Shown here: piece by piece, positions 38,524-52,850 of the stretch
How positions within the stretch are numbered: position 1 is the stretch's first letter
How the letters are laid out: each line of letters opens with the position of its first letter
Assembly (NCBI RefSeq): GCF_009914755.1
Contig: NC_060929.1
DNA length: 64,000 nt
Source of the DNA: the human T2T-CHM13v2.0 reference genome, Homo sapiens
Strand: one strand, 5' to 3'
The notes under the pieces: model-generated
Told to the model about the DNA's origin: nothing
Database searches by the model: none
The model's input: the letters and a program-made list of their open reading frames with translations, nothing else
Program-made: the position numbers and the translations under genes

Positions 38524-39585
38524 AGAACTTTTAAAAATACTGCTTAACTTGGGTTTGGATTAGTTTGTAAAGTTTCAGGGGGTCCAAGCAAATGATGTTG
38601 AAAAATTGGAAGACAAGAGAATGAAGTGAGGTTGTTAAAATATTGAAAATAAATTTTATCATAATTTTCAGCTCTTTTAAAAGGACTTATTCGAGTTTAG
38701 TATCTAGTCATCTGAGGGAACAAGTGGGTTTATCATTCTAACATCATTATATGGTTAGAGAAAAATAACAGAAAATTAAATATTTTTATCTTTAAAACTT
38801 TTCTGTTCAGATATTTTGAATCCATGTCCAATTGTTTTATAATTTTGATTAATGCATATTTGTTCTCTGGTAATTGCTTATTTTTCCATCTTATTGGGAA
38901 AATATAATTTTTTATATAACTCATCTATCATAAGTGCCTGCGTCAATATGCTTTCTTTAAACCAAATGTATGACTACATGTTTACATAATAAATAAGTCA
39001 TTTTAACTTCCAATAAAGAATATATTATAGCTCAGCTAAACTTTACTTAATTTCTTTAAGCATATGTATGGAATAATCTATTCCTATAAGTATTTTTGTT
39101 TCATTTGGAATTTTTCTACAACCCTGTGTTTGCCATAAAATTAAAATCACCACTGAATCAACATGAAGACTTTTCAAGGACAAGTAATATGACAATGAAG
39201 GAGAAATAGTTTAAATTGTTACAAGGATAAATACCCTTCTTTGTCATGACAATAAAAGTGCTTGCATTGACTTAAGTTCCTATTGAATCAACACAGTTTT
39301 AATGCTGGCAGCCTCATCTCTGCTATAAACATCCCTGAAAAATTCATTTGAAGGTGAAAAAGGTTCTAGAATGACAGTTCAGCTTCCTCCGGGGAGGTCA
39401 AGAATTATATCTGGTATTGTGTTTTTTTACTCCTTCCATTGTCTTAAATGAAGCAATTAAGTACAAATTATGAAAAGCTTTGACATAGGACATAGTTATA
39501 CTCAGGAGTTATCTCCTGTTGAAACACAAGACAAATACCAGAAAGTGTCAATTAAAACCTTTACGTATGTTTTTTTTTTTTTGCT

Positions 39586-40010
39586 CTGTGATACTGGGGC
39601 TGGGAGTTTGCTAACTTCATTTCCCAAATGCCTTTGCTAACTTCCTGTTAGTTAGGTTCTACCAATCAGTAGCTGTGATGGAAATGGGAAAGTAGGAGAA
39701 GGTGGGGGCGGGAGTGGGGGGCCAAGTCCTTGCCAGTTCCTCACACTGAGACTGAGCCCCAGGCTGACTCCACTTACACAATGAGCACCCCCATTACTCC
39801 AAGCACCAAGCTTTAGAGAACTCCATTCCAGTCAATTCTTAAAACATCATTTTTCTTTTGTCTCCTACCAGTCTTAGGGCAACTGGTTTATGTAGTTATT
39901 ACACTCTGGATTACATTAAAGTTTCCTTTTTTTTTTTTTTTTTGCCATTTAGCCATTTAACTTCAGTGTCACCTTTGTTTGAAATACTTCTCACAGTTTC
40001 TATTTTCTTA
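39586..40010 (-). mobile_element. Possible ERVL LTR (LTR33/LTR41-like)
   Basis: CTGTGATACTGGGGCTGGGAG..CATTTCCCAAATGCCTTTGC..TTAGGTTCTACCAAT; end TTTGAAATAC..GTTTCTATTTTC. Confidence 0.45.
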
Positions 40011-40549
40011 AAGTCTCTCTTTCTGATAAAATACCTAATTTCTTTGCATCTCTCTTCCCTTTTTCTACTTCCTTGGGAAAACTTAAGAGCCTCATTCAAC
40101 ATACATAGCCATCTATTTCAAGTAGCTAAATCCTACTGAAGAAGCATGAAACTGAGCAGTCTGGGTTAACTTTAAATTTATAATGAAAAATCTCAAATGG
40201 GATACTGACAACTGTCCTAAAAATGCTTTCTCATTTTCCTGGTATGTAGCATATAATATGATACTTTTTATACACTTCAGTTTATCACAGCATTTGCTCT
40301 CCCCTTATTCTTCTCTCATAGGTCTTAAATTATTTAAAAATAAAAAATAAAAAATGAATAAATAAATAAATATAAATAGAAGCACTCAGACAGGGATTGT
40401 TTCCATGAACAAATACATCCATTTACCTGTATATCCATCCATCTTCATTTTTCAGTTTGGTTTCATTGTAACTCAGGCCAATTTCTCTACTCGTAGTCAG
40501 AATCTTATACTTCAGTGTTGCTCAAAGACTCTGCTGAAAATATCTCTTT

Positions 40550-41395
40550 TTCCTGGATCATCAATTTCTGTGTGTCTAATCAATAATCATTAGCATAGTT
40601 ATGTGGTGTTTCCTTCTTATAAAATATCTTCCTTTAAACTACAGTTCTTCACAGCCAATGCCTTTTTCTTTGCCCCTTTCACAGTAAAACTCCTTGATGG
40701 TTGTTTAGATTTACTCTTGTGTCCTCATTTATTTTTTCAAAACACTCATAGTCTGACTGATGCTACCTCTCTATTCAAACTGACGCTAACAAAATCCCCC
40801 AAATTTTCACAATGTCAATTTCAAAAACAAATGACCTGTCATGGTCTTTCTCCACTTCTCAGAAACAGGGACTCAGTGACCACTCCGTTGAGAACTCTCA
40901 CTAATAGTTTTTCTCTACCTCACAGACCATGCCCTCTCATGTCCCCTTTTCTGGTCCTTGCTCTTCTGCATTCACAAAGTTGATAAGATCGCTTCTTTGC
41001 ACTGTCTCTTCTCTTTCTACTGTCTTATCTAGTCCAGTGGTTTTATCTATCATTTATGCATTGATGATACTCTTGTTAGTATCTTGGGGCTACGTATTTC
41101 CCCTGTCCCACAAACTCCTACATGCTGCTTATCCTACATCTGGAGAAATTTTTCAGAGACAACTCGTAAATCACTTCTTCTCTAGTTTCTCTCTTCTTCC
41201 TCTATTTTATGGTATATATAGCTGTGAAAATATCTCATTTATTCATTTCCATCTTATTTACTTAATTCTCAGCACTAGAACATAAGTTCCGTAAAAGGAA
41301 GGGCGTTTTTGCTTTGTTCACTGCTGTGTTACAGTTTCTGAAAAAGTGACTGTCTCATATCAGTAATGCTGTAAATTTGTGTTGAAACAATAAAG
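40550..41395 (+). mobile_element. L2 LINE fragment(s) including 3' end
   Basis: Pyrimidine-rich decayed L2; CACTAGAACATAAGTTCC..TTGTTCACTGCTGTG..TAAATTTGTGTTGAA terminus. Confidence 0.6.
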
Positions 41396-41524
41396 GCATG
41401 AATAACCCCTGATAAATCTTTTGTTGCCTGGAAAAGTACCTACTTGTGGAACGTATGCACTTTAGCCAATGAAGTTGGAATACTTACATGACTATTTGAG
41501 TGAAGATCTAGTATAGATCAGAAT

Positions 41525-41852
41525 TGTTGCTTAATTGGTATAATGTCTCAGTTATGCAAGATGCATAAGGTCTGGAGATGTACTGTACCACACAATGTCT
41601 ACAGGCAATAGTATGGTATTGTGCACTTAAAAATGTGCTTAAGATAGATCTCATGTTAAAAGTCCTCATCACATAAACAACACAAAAACACAGAGGGACA
41701 CAAAGAAATTCTGAGAGGTGATAAATATATTTACTACCTTGATTGTGATAGTGATGTTACAGATGTATGCATATATCAAAACTCATCAAATCGTATATGA
41801 GAACATTCAGTTTTTGTGTGTACAATTGTACCTCACTAAGGCTATTTTTAAA
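41525..41852 (+). mobile_element. L1MB-like 3' end
   Basis: TCAGTTATGCAAGATG..TCTGGAGATG..TAGATCTCATGTTAAA..CAAAACTCATCAAATCGTAT..TACCTCACTAAGGCT. Confidence 0.8.
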
Positions 41853-42044
41853 GATATAGATAGGAAATACCATTTGCCATTTTTCCTCTTTTTAGGATGT
41901 CTTATTTCTGTATGCTTGAATAAAATATCAAAGAATATCAGTCGTTCAATTGCTAAAATACCACTAATTATATTAAAATTATACATTTGAAAATATTGTC
42001 AGTCTGATCCTTTCTTACCTAAAAGTGTGTGCCCATAAAATTTA

Positions 42045-42290
42045 TAATAATAGCAAATATTTATCAAGGATTTATTGTTGATAAGACTAAATTTAATACA
42101 TTATTTTATTGAATACAAACAAAAATATTGTGGGATAGCATATAATATACAAGATATATATAATAGTTAATTATCAGTTTTACACACACACAGGCTTAAA
42201 GAGATAATTTCACTGGACTACATCATCCAGCTAGTAAGTGCAAGGAATTACAGCCTAGGAAACAGTATATACAGAACCTTCCTAAAGGTT
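42045..42290 (-). mobile_element. Probable MIR fragment
   Basis: ATAATAATAGCAAATATTTAT..CAGGCTTAAAGAGATAATTT..CAGCTAGTAAGTG. Confidence 0.45.
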
Positions 42291-43204
42291 AGTAATTGTT
42301 GGAGAATTCCTTTGTTACATTGAATTATTTATTTAATCTGCTATGAAATATTTCCTATATAAGAAATTTTCCAAAAGCCCATGGATCCTTCTTACTATTC
42401 ATAAAATTTATATTGTTTTGCTTTCTTTATATCAAATGCCAAATGCAGTTTGCGAAACTGCTTAACATTTCCATTTATTTTACTTTTCCTGTAGAAAGTT
42501 TGTGTCCTTTAGCATAAGTAATTCTGTCTCTAAGCTGGCTATTTAAATACTTCATATATTTAGGTTTCCTTCATGAATCTTCAGCGTATATTTTAGGCAA
42601 AAATTACAACTCAGCTACATAGTGTGTTTTATGTTTGGATATAGATGGAATTTTTATTAAAATTTGGAGTTTGTGCTAAACGTTATTTTATTGTAGCAAT
42701 AAAACTTCACTAACTTTGATCAGATGACTACACAAATAACCTATTTTAAACTCCCACAGTATGCAAAAGAAACAAGCTTATAGAGCCAAGACAATAAAAC
42801 ACTTTAAACAAGAACAAATTCAAGGTTCATAGAAAGGAAAGTCATGTGTTAAACAGTTTAAATAATATCAATTTTTCCTTTTAGTACAACATCACAGAGT
42901 TGAAAAATTTAAAGCAAAGAAATAAATATAAGCTTAATATATACCTATGTAAAGGCTGGATCAGAAAAGGGTTATAGAAGCCTTGTGATATGACCCTCTC
43001 ATTTAACAGCATTGGAGTTTCTGCTCCAGATCCTTAAAGACATGACTCCTGACTTCAAGTCCTGTGGCCTTTTTAAAACTAAAAAATACCTCTTCTAAGG
43101 AATAGAAAATGTATATTTACATGACTACAATACTAGAAAAAATATCTAATGCACACACACATTACTTTCCTGGTTGGTTTTTATACTTTTACAAAATTAA
43201 CAGA

Positions 43205-43871
43205 AAATACAAATTCCATGCTTATGGACCATGTGGTCCTGTGGCCACCATTCAGCTCTGCCTGCTGTAACATGAGAGCAGTTGTCTTTGTCAGTTTGTG
43301 CTGCAATAACAAATACCCTAAACTAGTGGCTCATACACAGAGATTTATTTCTCATAGTTTTGGAGGCTGGGAAGTCCAAAATCAAGGTGCCGGCAGATTT
43401 GGTATCTCATGAGGGTCCATTTCCAGGTTCATAGATAGCACCTTCTGGCAGTTTCTTCACATATTGGAAGGAGCAAACAAACTCCCCTGGGCCTCTTCTA
43501 TAAGGGCACTAATGCCATTCATAAAGACTTCATCCTCATCACCTAATCATCTCCAGATGCCTTACCTCTTAAAACCATCGCATTGTGGATTTGGTTTCAA
43601 CGTATTAGTTTTGGGAAGAAACAAATATTCAGGCCATAGCAGACTCCATAGACTGTACATAAATGAATGGGCATTGCTGTGTGACAGCAGCAGTTTTATA
43701 AACACTGAATTTTAAATTTTGTATCATTTTAATATTTTAAGAAATACTCTTTTGTAAATTGTTTTTCAACTGTTAGAAAACATAAAAAAAACAAAATTCC
43801 TAGCTTGTGGTCTGTATGAAAGCAGGTAAGTAGTATGGATCTGACCCACAGGCCATACATTGCAGACCTCT
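43205..43871. mobile_element. MER58B-like hAT MITE split by an MLT1A LTR
   Basis: GGACCATGTGGTCCTGTGGCCACCATTCAGCTCTGCC on the left; CATAGAC..AAATGAATGGGC..GATCTGACCCACAGGCCATA on the right. Confidence 0.7.
43283..43641 (-). mobile_element. MLT1A-like MaLR solo LTR
   Basis: TGTCTTTGTCAGTTTGTGCTGC..GGAGGCTGGGAAGTCCAAAATCAAGGTGCCGGCAGATT..ATTCAGGCCATAGCA. Confidence 0.85.
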
Positions 43872-44261
43872 CTTCTATTTGAGTGGAAACCACTACCACT
43901 CCACATTGCCTACCATAGAGAGGTGTTTTTTTTTTTTTAATTGTTGTTCTGTTTTTGTTAAATGTTTAAATAGGCATTTTATTTAAACAGATACAGACAA
44001 ATTACTGATGCAGATATTTTAAAATTTAAAAAAGCATAGCATATTCTTTAGCTGTAAAAAAATTTAATTAATTCCAGTAGACTTTGTATTATATTCTTCA
44101 TCAAGATTGTTTTGAATTTAAGATGTTGGTAACTATTTCATTTTAGAGAAATTAGCATGACTAATTATTTTTAATTTCCTTCTAGCTTATGAACTTTCTG
44201 AAATTAGAAAACAGGTTTTATCAAATCTGGTGGCATTTCAGTATTTAATATGATGTTTTAT

Positions 44262-44395
44262 GTCTTGCCACTTAAAGTGTGGTCCTCAGGGTAGGCTCAG
44301 TATCACCTGGAATCTTATTAGAAATGCAGACAAACTTAATTAGAATCTGCATTTTAATGAGGAATTCTTTGCACATTATAGATTGAGAAGGTCTG
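44262..44395. mobile_element. MER5A/B-like hAT MITE
   Basis: AAAGTGTGGTCC..CAGTATCACCTGGAATCTTATTAGAAATGCAGA..AGAATCTGCATTTTAA. Confidence 0.7.
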
Positions 44396-45563
44396 TTTTA
44401 ACATACAATGAACATTTTCATGTTAATAATAAATCATTAAAAATATGTCCTACTATAGTAATGTCCTTAATTTCTGGGCAGATATGTTTACTTAAAAAAA
44501 TATGGTAGCCTAATGCACTATAAAGATACTCAAGTATCACACATACCAGGTGATCACACATACCTGGAGCTGATATTCATTCCTTGCAACCATTTTGTGG
44601 ATGAAGGAAAATGTTTAGTCTATATAAATATTGTCATGGGAATTCAGGAAAAGAATGTTACCATGTATTCTAAATAATTTAGATAATTAAAAATTTTGAG
44701 AGAAACTTCTGCATTACTATGTCGTTGATTTCTTGTAATGTCATCTGGATACATTTTGCAAAACGTAATCTTGAGGATCATGAGAGCTACTCTTACTCTA
44801 GACAGTGAAAGTTTAATTTGTTTTTAGAAAATATCTTACTAATAATCAAAATTAGCAAATTTCATTCAAATTATAAAGGCTTTAAGGTCTGCACTTAGAC
44901 TATCTTTGAATAAATATAAGACATATTACTATTGTATTCATAAGTACTTGATGAAAATTGAATAATTTACTACACATATTTAGTGAGACATAGAGGGAAT
45001 AATGGCCTTTTCATGAAATTCTCTAGTCCCCTCTGCACCCCCTCCAATTAAATTATTTATTTTTCCTAGCCACTCTCTCCCCAGTACCTCTGCAAAGTTT
45101 CCATAGCTATAAATATCCTCAAGTTATTTATAGGTATTGTGAAATGATGATATTATGTAATAGATTATATTCAGCAAATTAATCTAATGAGGATGTTAGG
45201 CAGATGATCAAATAATTTGTTTTGTGTTAGGCAATTGAATGTTTCCATAGTTCTCCAAGTAGAAGATGCTGCCCATAGACTTCATGTGGATATTGAGCTC
45301 ATGGACTAAAATAAAGCATGCTAAATGGTTGTGACAAATACATTCAAATACATTTTTCTTATATTAGCTTACATTGTTCTTTTTTTCCAAGAGTCTCTGC
45401 TTGTGAAATCACATGCACATTAATTTTTTTTTAGGTCTTAGCAACAAATTTATAAAATAAAACAAACATTTCAGAAAAAATATTATTTAGCTAAAATGAA
45501 ATTTTATTTTATGTATTTTATTTGTATAAACATATAATTACTGAGCACATATTTAGTATCTAT

Positions 45564-45975
45564 TGTAGTAGCACCCCATTATCCATTAGGGATATGTTCC
45601 AAGACTTAAAGTGGATGCCTGAAACTGCAGATAGTATTGAACCCTATATGTACAGTACTGTACTATGGTTTTCGATCAGATAAGCTAGATGCTACTAAGT
45701 CACTAATGGGTGGATGGTGTATACAGAGTGGATACCTGGGACAAATGGGTGATTTGCATCCACCTGTGAGAGCAGGAGGGCTTGTCTGGAGATTTCATCA
45801 CACTACTCAGAATGGTGTGCAATTTAAAACTAATGAGTTATTTCCTGAACTTTCCATTTAATATTTTTGGACCACAGTTGAACATAAGTAACTGAAAGTG
45901 TGGAAAGCAAAACTGTAAATAGGTGGATATAGCATATTATTATAACATAAATAGGTGGATACCTAGCATACTGTA
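45564..45975 (-). mobile_element. MER44/Tigger7-like TcMar MITE with duplicated right end
   Basis: GATATGTTCCAAGAC..GTGGATGCCTGAAACTGC..GAGATTTCATCACACTACTCAGAATGG..GGAAAGCAAAACTG; TAAATAGGTGGATA occurs twice at the end. Confidence 0.78.
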
Positions 45976-47560
45976 TATGCTAGTCATATTCTAGGCTTTG
46001 GGGGCATAGTGAAAATAAAAGACAAAATTCCAGCCATCATTGAGCTCATATTTTTGTGTCTAAACTTAGCTAACCCCTACAATATGCCACGTTGTTTTTC
46101 TTACAACTTCATTTTCTTATAAGATACACTTATAATGTCCACATTACAGAGAAGATAAAAAGACAGAGGGCTGTAGTAACATTCAAGATGGAACAGTTAG
46201 GCATGGGAAAATTAGGGTTCTCAACTCATCCAGTCAAGGTTGTAGAATTTTTAACAACTATGCCTTTATTCCCAAATACACTACCTATAAGGCTTGATTA
46301 ATGCCTTCTTCCTCAAACTTCAAATTTTGCTGGTATTCCCAAGATATGCATGTCACAGATTTGTTATTTCAAAAATAATCAAATGATTACTCTCTCAATT
46401 GACTCTGATTGATGACAACAGTTTTCAGTAAAGATAAACCAATATATATATAAAGACAATTTTTAGTAAGTATGGTTCTTGTAGCCAGAGAAAAGAGGCA
46501 CTGTTATTGAATATTATATTTAGAAGTCACAACCTAGAGGAGATAGACGAACAGACAGACTAAATGGCCATGAACAACAGATGGTGGAACTGGTGTATTA
46601 TTTTCTAAAAATGTAAGCATTTTAAAAAAGAACAAATTTTAGTATCTTTGTATTTATAAATTATGTTCCCAAGGTAAATATTACTCAGTTAATATTCAAT
46701 GACAAAAAATCAGTAAAGGATCCTCAACAATGGCAAGAGTTCAAATGTTTGAGACTAGTCTAATGCACATATATGGGTATACTTCATATTAGTTACATAT
46801 CACATGATCATTAACACCTAAGACCAATGAGTGGATTATTTTTGAATATAATTATCCTATCTAAATATACTCAGATGTTGCTTACAGAAGGCAAATTTCT
46901 CATAATGCACATTTCTAATCAGTAAAATTAGCTTACAAATTGCATACATTTTCCAGTTTTAGACATAAATTATCTTAGAAAAAAGTTTATAATGCTTAAT
47001 AAAATTATTCTCTATTCAGCATATCAGAGAATCCTCTATTCGGAATATTACAAATATAATTTGAAGATCAGCCTAATAAGTGGCACTTTAATGGGTTATC
47101 TTCCACTCATTATAGCTTTTAGATTTATGAATCTGAACTCAGCTATTATTGAGTATGTTTATTTACAAGTCATTATTTAAAAGTTTAAAATTCTTACTTT
47201 ACCTGTTCTATTTTTTAGAGATACTGTGTAATCTTATTATAGTTAGTTCTATCTATTTAGATCAATACTAGGAATTCAGCACAGGTATAAAGTATTGCTG
47301 CACTCATTAATAAAAAGGGAATATATTCTATCCTTTCAATAAATATGCATTGTTCAGATTAGTGACTTATATTTTTGCATGAGGAAAATCATATTTACTC
47401 TCTGTAGTTGTGAGTTTGTTCACAACACAACTTAGATATATAAGGAAAATATAGGTAATTTATTTCTTTATAACTGACTTAATCTCATTTTATTCAAGGC
47501 CCCAATTCTGCTGACAGCAGAGAAAGTAAGTAAACATTCATATGGACAAACAAAAACAAA

Positions 47561-47936
47561 TTTTTTCAGCTTTACTGAGGCATAAATAACAAGTAAAAAT
47601 TGCGTATGCTCAAGGTATACAAAGTGATGTTTATATATACCTATACAATGTGAAGATTTTCACAGTTAAGCTAATTAGTGTGCCCATCACCTCATGTATT
47701 AATAGCTACTTTGTCTTGGGTGTATGAGAATACTTGAGATCTAATCTTTTAGCAGTTTTCAAGGATGCAGTACATTATTATTAACTGTAGTCATCATGCT
47801 GTATGTTGTCTCCAGAATTTATTCATCTTATAACTGCCAGTTTGCAGCCTTTGCCCAAGATCTCCCCATCTCCCCCACACCCCAATCCCTAGTAACAACC
47901 CTCTACTCTCCATTTCTATGAATTTAACTTTTTAAA
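47561..47936 (-). mobile_element. L1MA (MA8/9-like) 3' end
   Basis: CAGCTTTACTGAGGCATAA..TATTAACTGTAGTCATCATGCTGTA..TCTCCAGAATTTATTCATCTTATAACTG. Confidence 0.82.
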
Positions 47937-48064
47937 CTATTTTAAATAATACCTCAGTCATCTCAGGTTTAAACTCTTTCAATCTGTAAGCATCCATGAT
48001 ATAATAACCCATCATTGCAAAGTCACTGGAAAGTACATGTTATCCGGTTTTGCTTGTTTTATTT

Positions 48065-48520
48065 TGTCCTTTAATGCCACAGACCACTTTGGCAGAGGAG
48101 TAACTCCTATTGATGCACTCTCATAACAGTGCTTTTCATAAAAATACAACACAAGTAGAAAGTATTAAAAGTAAAATTATCATTCTGAAATATAGTTCTC
48201 AAAATCTTAAAATGTAGTATAGTAATAAATGTGATTTCTCATCAATGAAGTAAATAGCAGAAGCTATCGGAAGCTCTAATAATTTCTCTAAGTTTGAAGT
48301 AGTAATCATAGTAAAATATAATTTATATCTGCAACAATGTAATACAATATAAAAATTTCTATGATTTCCATTGGTGACTAAATTGCAAATATAACTATAC
48401 TACTGTGTTTTATTGCTTACATTACAAATTAATAGAAATGTTAAATTTCATTTACAGATGATTGAAAACACTTTTTTTTTCACATTCGAAATTAGAAATC
48501 TCCTAACATCCTCAACTGAA
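48065..48520 (+). mobile_element. MER119-like hAT-Charlie fragment
   Basis: GCCACAGACCACTTTGGCAG..TATCTGCAACAATGTAAT..GATTTCCATTGGTGAC..TACTACTGTG..AAATGTTAAATTTCA. Confidence 0.6.
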
Positions 48521-50922
48521 GATCCCCTTTGTAAGGGGATCTTGTTTGACATGTTTTAGTTCTCATTCCAATAATGATTTTTTAGAAGGCAACATTTCAT
48601 ATTTACTATCCTAAGAACATGGCAAGTGAAGGTGTTAGGGTGGTTTCACTAGCCATCTTTGATCGAGAGCAGCAGGTCTGGGGCTGGTTGGAAACTGCTG
48701 CTAGTTTCTTGCCCATGGGGTGGGTTTGGCTCTCTCTTGTCATCTACTGATGAATGCAATGACAGGGGAAGTCATAATCTACACTTTGACAATTTCAGGC
48801 TCTTTATATTGTCCTTAGTGACTTGACCCCACTTTAGCTTTCTCTAGAGTTAAGCATCTAAACCATATTTCTTGCTGTGACTCTCCTTTAGTTACCATCC
48901 AGGCAAACTGCCCAAAATTTCTTTATCTGACATCAGAGTGAATTACCCACTACAGTAAATGCATATAGAAAACTCCCAACCATTTAGCTTGTTTTTCTGT
49001 TTCGCAGCCTCAGAGGCTGGGTTTCTTTCGCACTGTGAGCAGGTCATGGAGAGTCAGGAGAAGTGCTGCTCAGAATCACTGTCTCATTTTGTTACATCTT
49101 CTTTACTGCATGAAACCTCAGGACCAATCTGTGAAGCAGTCTTCTAGGAGTCTAAATGGAACGTGGCAAACCCAAAACGTCTGAAAAACTATCGGTGTCT
49201 CCCTTCCTATAATCCTCTGAACTGGAAAAAAAATTTACCCTTCCCCTTTTTTTGACATAATATGATGACAGTTACATTCTACACTAAGTTCTCTCTAGTC
49301 TATGGTCTAATAAAATATTATGATATGGTCGACCCTCCAAGAACTGTCCTGAATATGCTCACACAACCTACAATTATTCAAAACTCTCTCCTCTTTCTTT
49401 TTATATCAAATCAAATTATCAAAAGAATGGTTTTATTATGGGGTTAGCATGATATAGACCATTTCATATTCACCAGTATATATTTTTTCCTTTGTAATAA
49501 ATGTCATTGATTAAATATCAGGAAGACAACAGGCAACAGGATATTAAGGAAAGGAAAATTACAACACAAAATGTGAATTCCTATATCATGGCATATTGGA
49601 TCATTCTAAAAGTTAAACTGAAACTAAGATTTAAGGAAAGCAATTAAGTTTTCAGAACTTTGATTTTCAGTTGCTTAGTTTATAATAAAGGTTGAACTTT
49701 TGGAATCGAAGCAGATGGAAGTCTGTTTGATAGACTCTTCTTATTCTAACATTCCACAGTCATTTGTGCAGATTCTGATGGGTTTGCAGAGCTGTAAGAA
49801 GCAACATATATTATGATGTAAATGCCATCATTATGACATATGCTTAAACTTCTGCTGAGAAATAAATAAAATATCTTGAAATGCCTGCTGTTTATCCCAG
49901 CTGTTTATTTCTCACAGCCCATAAATGGAAAAGTCACACAGTTTAGCATTTATATGCTGGAGAGGCGTTTGGAAATAATTAAAATTCTTCCAGAGACTAC
50001 TTTCTTTTTGTTCTGAATTGGAATTAACTTATAATTTCAAGAAGAGAGGGCAAGCGCATTAAGTGAGAATAAATAAAATATTTTCTTCCTAGGAAAGTGA
50101 AGAAAACATCTAGAATTAATTTTTTTCTCCCAAATTTCTAATAGTCTAATAAAAAAGTAGGAAGACATATCGGAAGCAAGCATGGGTCACTCAAACTATA
50201 TGCCTCGCTGCATTTCCAGTGGAGACACAATTACCACCGGGAAACCTGCTCCTGTGAGTAAATTGGGTTGACTGCAGTAATTCTGACTTACGTTCACACT
50301 AATACATACAAATAAGAGACAGTCAAGGAGTTGCATTTTCCTTACTAAAAAAAAGTTAAATATATTATAAAATAAAAGTTAAGTGTTCTACAATTATAAA
50401 CTAATACATATATTTGTGTATAAATATTTTAATAATTACTGTTTAATCATAAATGTGCTACAGATACATAGCCATTGAATATATGTTGCATTTATTTAAC
50501 ATTAAATTTAAATTTCTTATTTTTTAGGCACAGCGTGGCAGTATATTTGAGTTTGTTACTATGACAATGGTTACATGGAACAGTAGATTTTTCTCTACCT
50601 CCTCATCTTGACTAACTATCACTAGATTAGATAAAATTCTAACATGATGATAGTACATGCTATTTGAGAGAAGTCTCACATTTAAAAATGATATCAGATC
50701 GTTAATTCCAATTTTTAACATTGCCTATCTAAAAGGACATAAGAACTTCTAAAACTTTTTGTGGTAGATTAACGTAATCTAGCAATCAAAACACATCTCA
50801 TCTTTATTATACAAAATAATTGTAGAGAAAATAATATTTGAATTACTTTCACTGTCGAATTAATCCCACCATTCCATGCCAAGATTTTTAAATTAAAACA
50901 ACTTTGATCAATCAAATGAAGT

Positions 50923-50925
<3 letters not shown>

Positions 50926-50978
<53 letters not shown>

Positions 50979-50990
50979 TATATATATACA
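50926..50990. repeat. (TA)n(CA)n(TA)n microsatellite
   Basis: Directly visible. Confidence 0.96.
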
Positions 50991-52469
50991 GGATCCTTTA
51001 AGACATAATACATTTAATTAGTTCTGTGAATCCATTCATAAACATCTTTTCCTATAGATAAGCAGGTCAACTAATTATGATTTGTTACGTAGAAAACAAA
51101 TTTTTTTACCTATGAGTAGGCTTGATGTATGTTTATGTATATGTGTTGTGGTGACTTTGCCTGTGTAAAAAAGTAAAATAATCAGTTTTTAATACAAACA
51201 TATATTGATTGTTTAATATGAATAATGCAGTCAATAAACATTGACTAAACCTTTGCCTCATTCTTCATGTGGTAAAAACCTGCATTATTCGTTCATCGTT
51301 TTTGAGATTTACACACAGTGTGCCTGAGAAATAAGTTGAGGGAAACTCCTATTTAAAGTTTAACAGTTATGTGGCTCAGAGATTGAAATTCTAAAAAAGA
51401 TTTGGAACTACTAGTTTTTATAAAGCTTTTCAATTTTAATAATTAAAAAGTTCACTCACACAACCATTTTCTTCAGTAATTGATTGTGTTCTTTTCCAGG
51501 AAGATGGTTTAAACAACAATTTGGTGGCAGAACTTAACTGGTAGAAACATATATTTTACATGACAATTCCATATAGATAACACTCTACTTAGTAATCTTG
51601 ATAGAGTCCAACTTTTTTTTAATATGTGGCATTTAAGCTCAGTGTCCCAACAACTAGGGAAAAAGGTCATTTATATACAAAATTTACAAAGGTTAAAATT
51701 TGTGAACACTAGCATATAATCAGTGTCTTTGTTTTTAATAATTTTGTCCTTAGAAGACCTCAAAAACTAAATTTATATCCTCTCTAAAGTAAGAGAAAAT
51801 TGAGACTGAATCACTTATTATCATAAATATGCTTAAAATATCACTAGAATTTATAGTGTAATCATGAATGTATTCATTTTTTTCAACACTTATGTTAGGC
51901 AGTAAAATTTTCCAAAATTTTAGTTATTTAAAATTTATTCTGATCACTGGTGAAATGAATTATATCAGTCAAATTCAAGAATATTTTTAGTTTAATAATT
52001 TATGTTTTTCTACTTACTCCCAGAATGTTAACTTTTTAATGTATATTTTAATCAATAAATGATTTCTATTTTTATAATATTATATTTTATTTGGTGTTAT
52101 ATAGATATATTTAGGGAATATATATTTAGAAGTTACATACATTAAAAGAAAAAATTAAGTCATAAGCTGTGGCAGTATATTTTGGCTTTATCAATGAAAG
52201 AGAATTGATTTTATCAGGATACTAACTGTAGGGAATATTCTTGTGATCTTAATCTTCTTCAAACCTTATTGAAATTATCCGACCAAGAGTGTTCTCTTTT
52301 AACATTTAAATAGTTCCAGCATCTGAACTCCACTTTTTATCCAAAACATTTGACTAAACTGCCATCAGCTTTCACCTAATTAAATTGACAAAACTTTAAA
52401 CACAATATTCACTGAAATAAAAACAATATTCATAAAACAAACCTCATTCTTCACTTTTAGTTATGCCTT

Positions 52470-52850
52470 GCTTTCTTAGTTTTAGCTGTAGAGGTCCTGT
52501 TTCAGATTTGTGGATCCATTTGCCTTTCCATATGTTGCTCCCTCTTTAGGTAGTTCCTTTGCCTTATCTCTACCCAGACAAATTTGAATCATTAAGTGTC
52601 AGAGTCACATTCTCAGTAAAAAACATCCTGATCACCATAACCAAATTCAATCTCCACACTGCATGTTTTTAGAACATGAGGTACTTCCTTTCTTATATTC
52701 CATTGTCATTCCATAGCACACGCACATGCCAGTGTGAGATTATGTACCTACTTTCTCCATGACTCAATGGCAAATTCATAAGAAAAGCATCCTAATCTGA
52801 TTTTCATTAACTTTGATTATCCAACAGAGAAGTTGAATAAGAACAGTAAC
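52470..52850 (+). mobile_element. Possible L2 3' fragment
   Basis: GCCTTTCCATATGTTGCTCCCTCT..GTCACATTCTCAGTAAAAACATCCTGATCACC; weak. Confidence 0.4.

Noticed and set aside
40603-41285. 126-aa and 118-aa ORFs
   Set aside because: They overlap a decayed L2, have low-complexity F/L/S composition and show no recognisable domain.
51499-51546. Candidate exon after TTCTTTTCCAG
   Set aside because: Weak donor (GTAGAA) and no supporting exon chain; such acceptors are common in AT-rich DNA.
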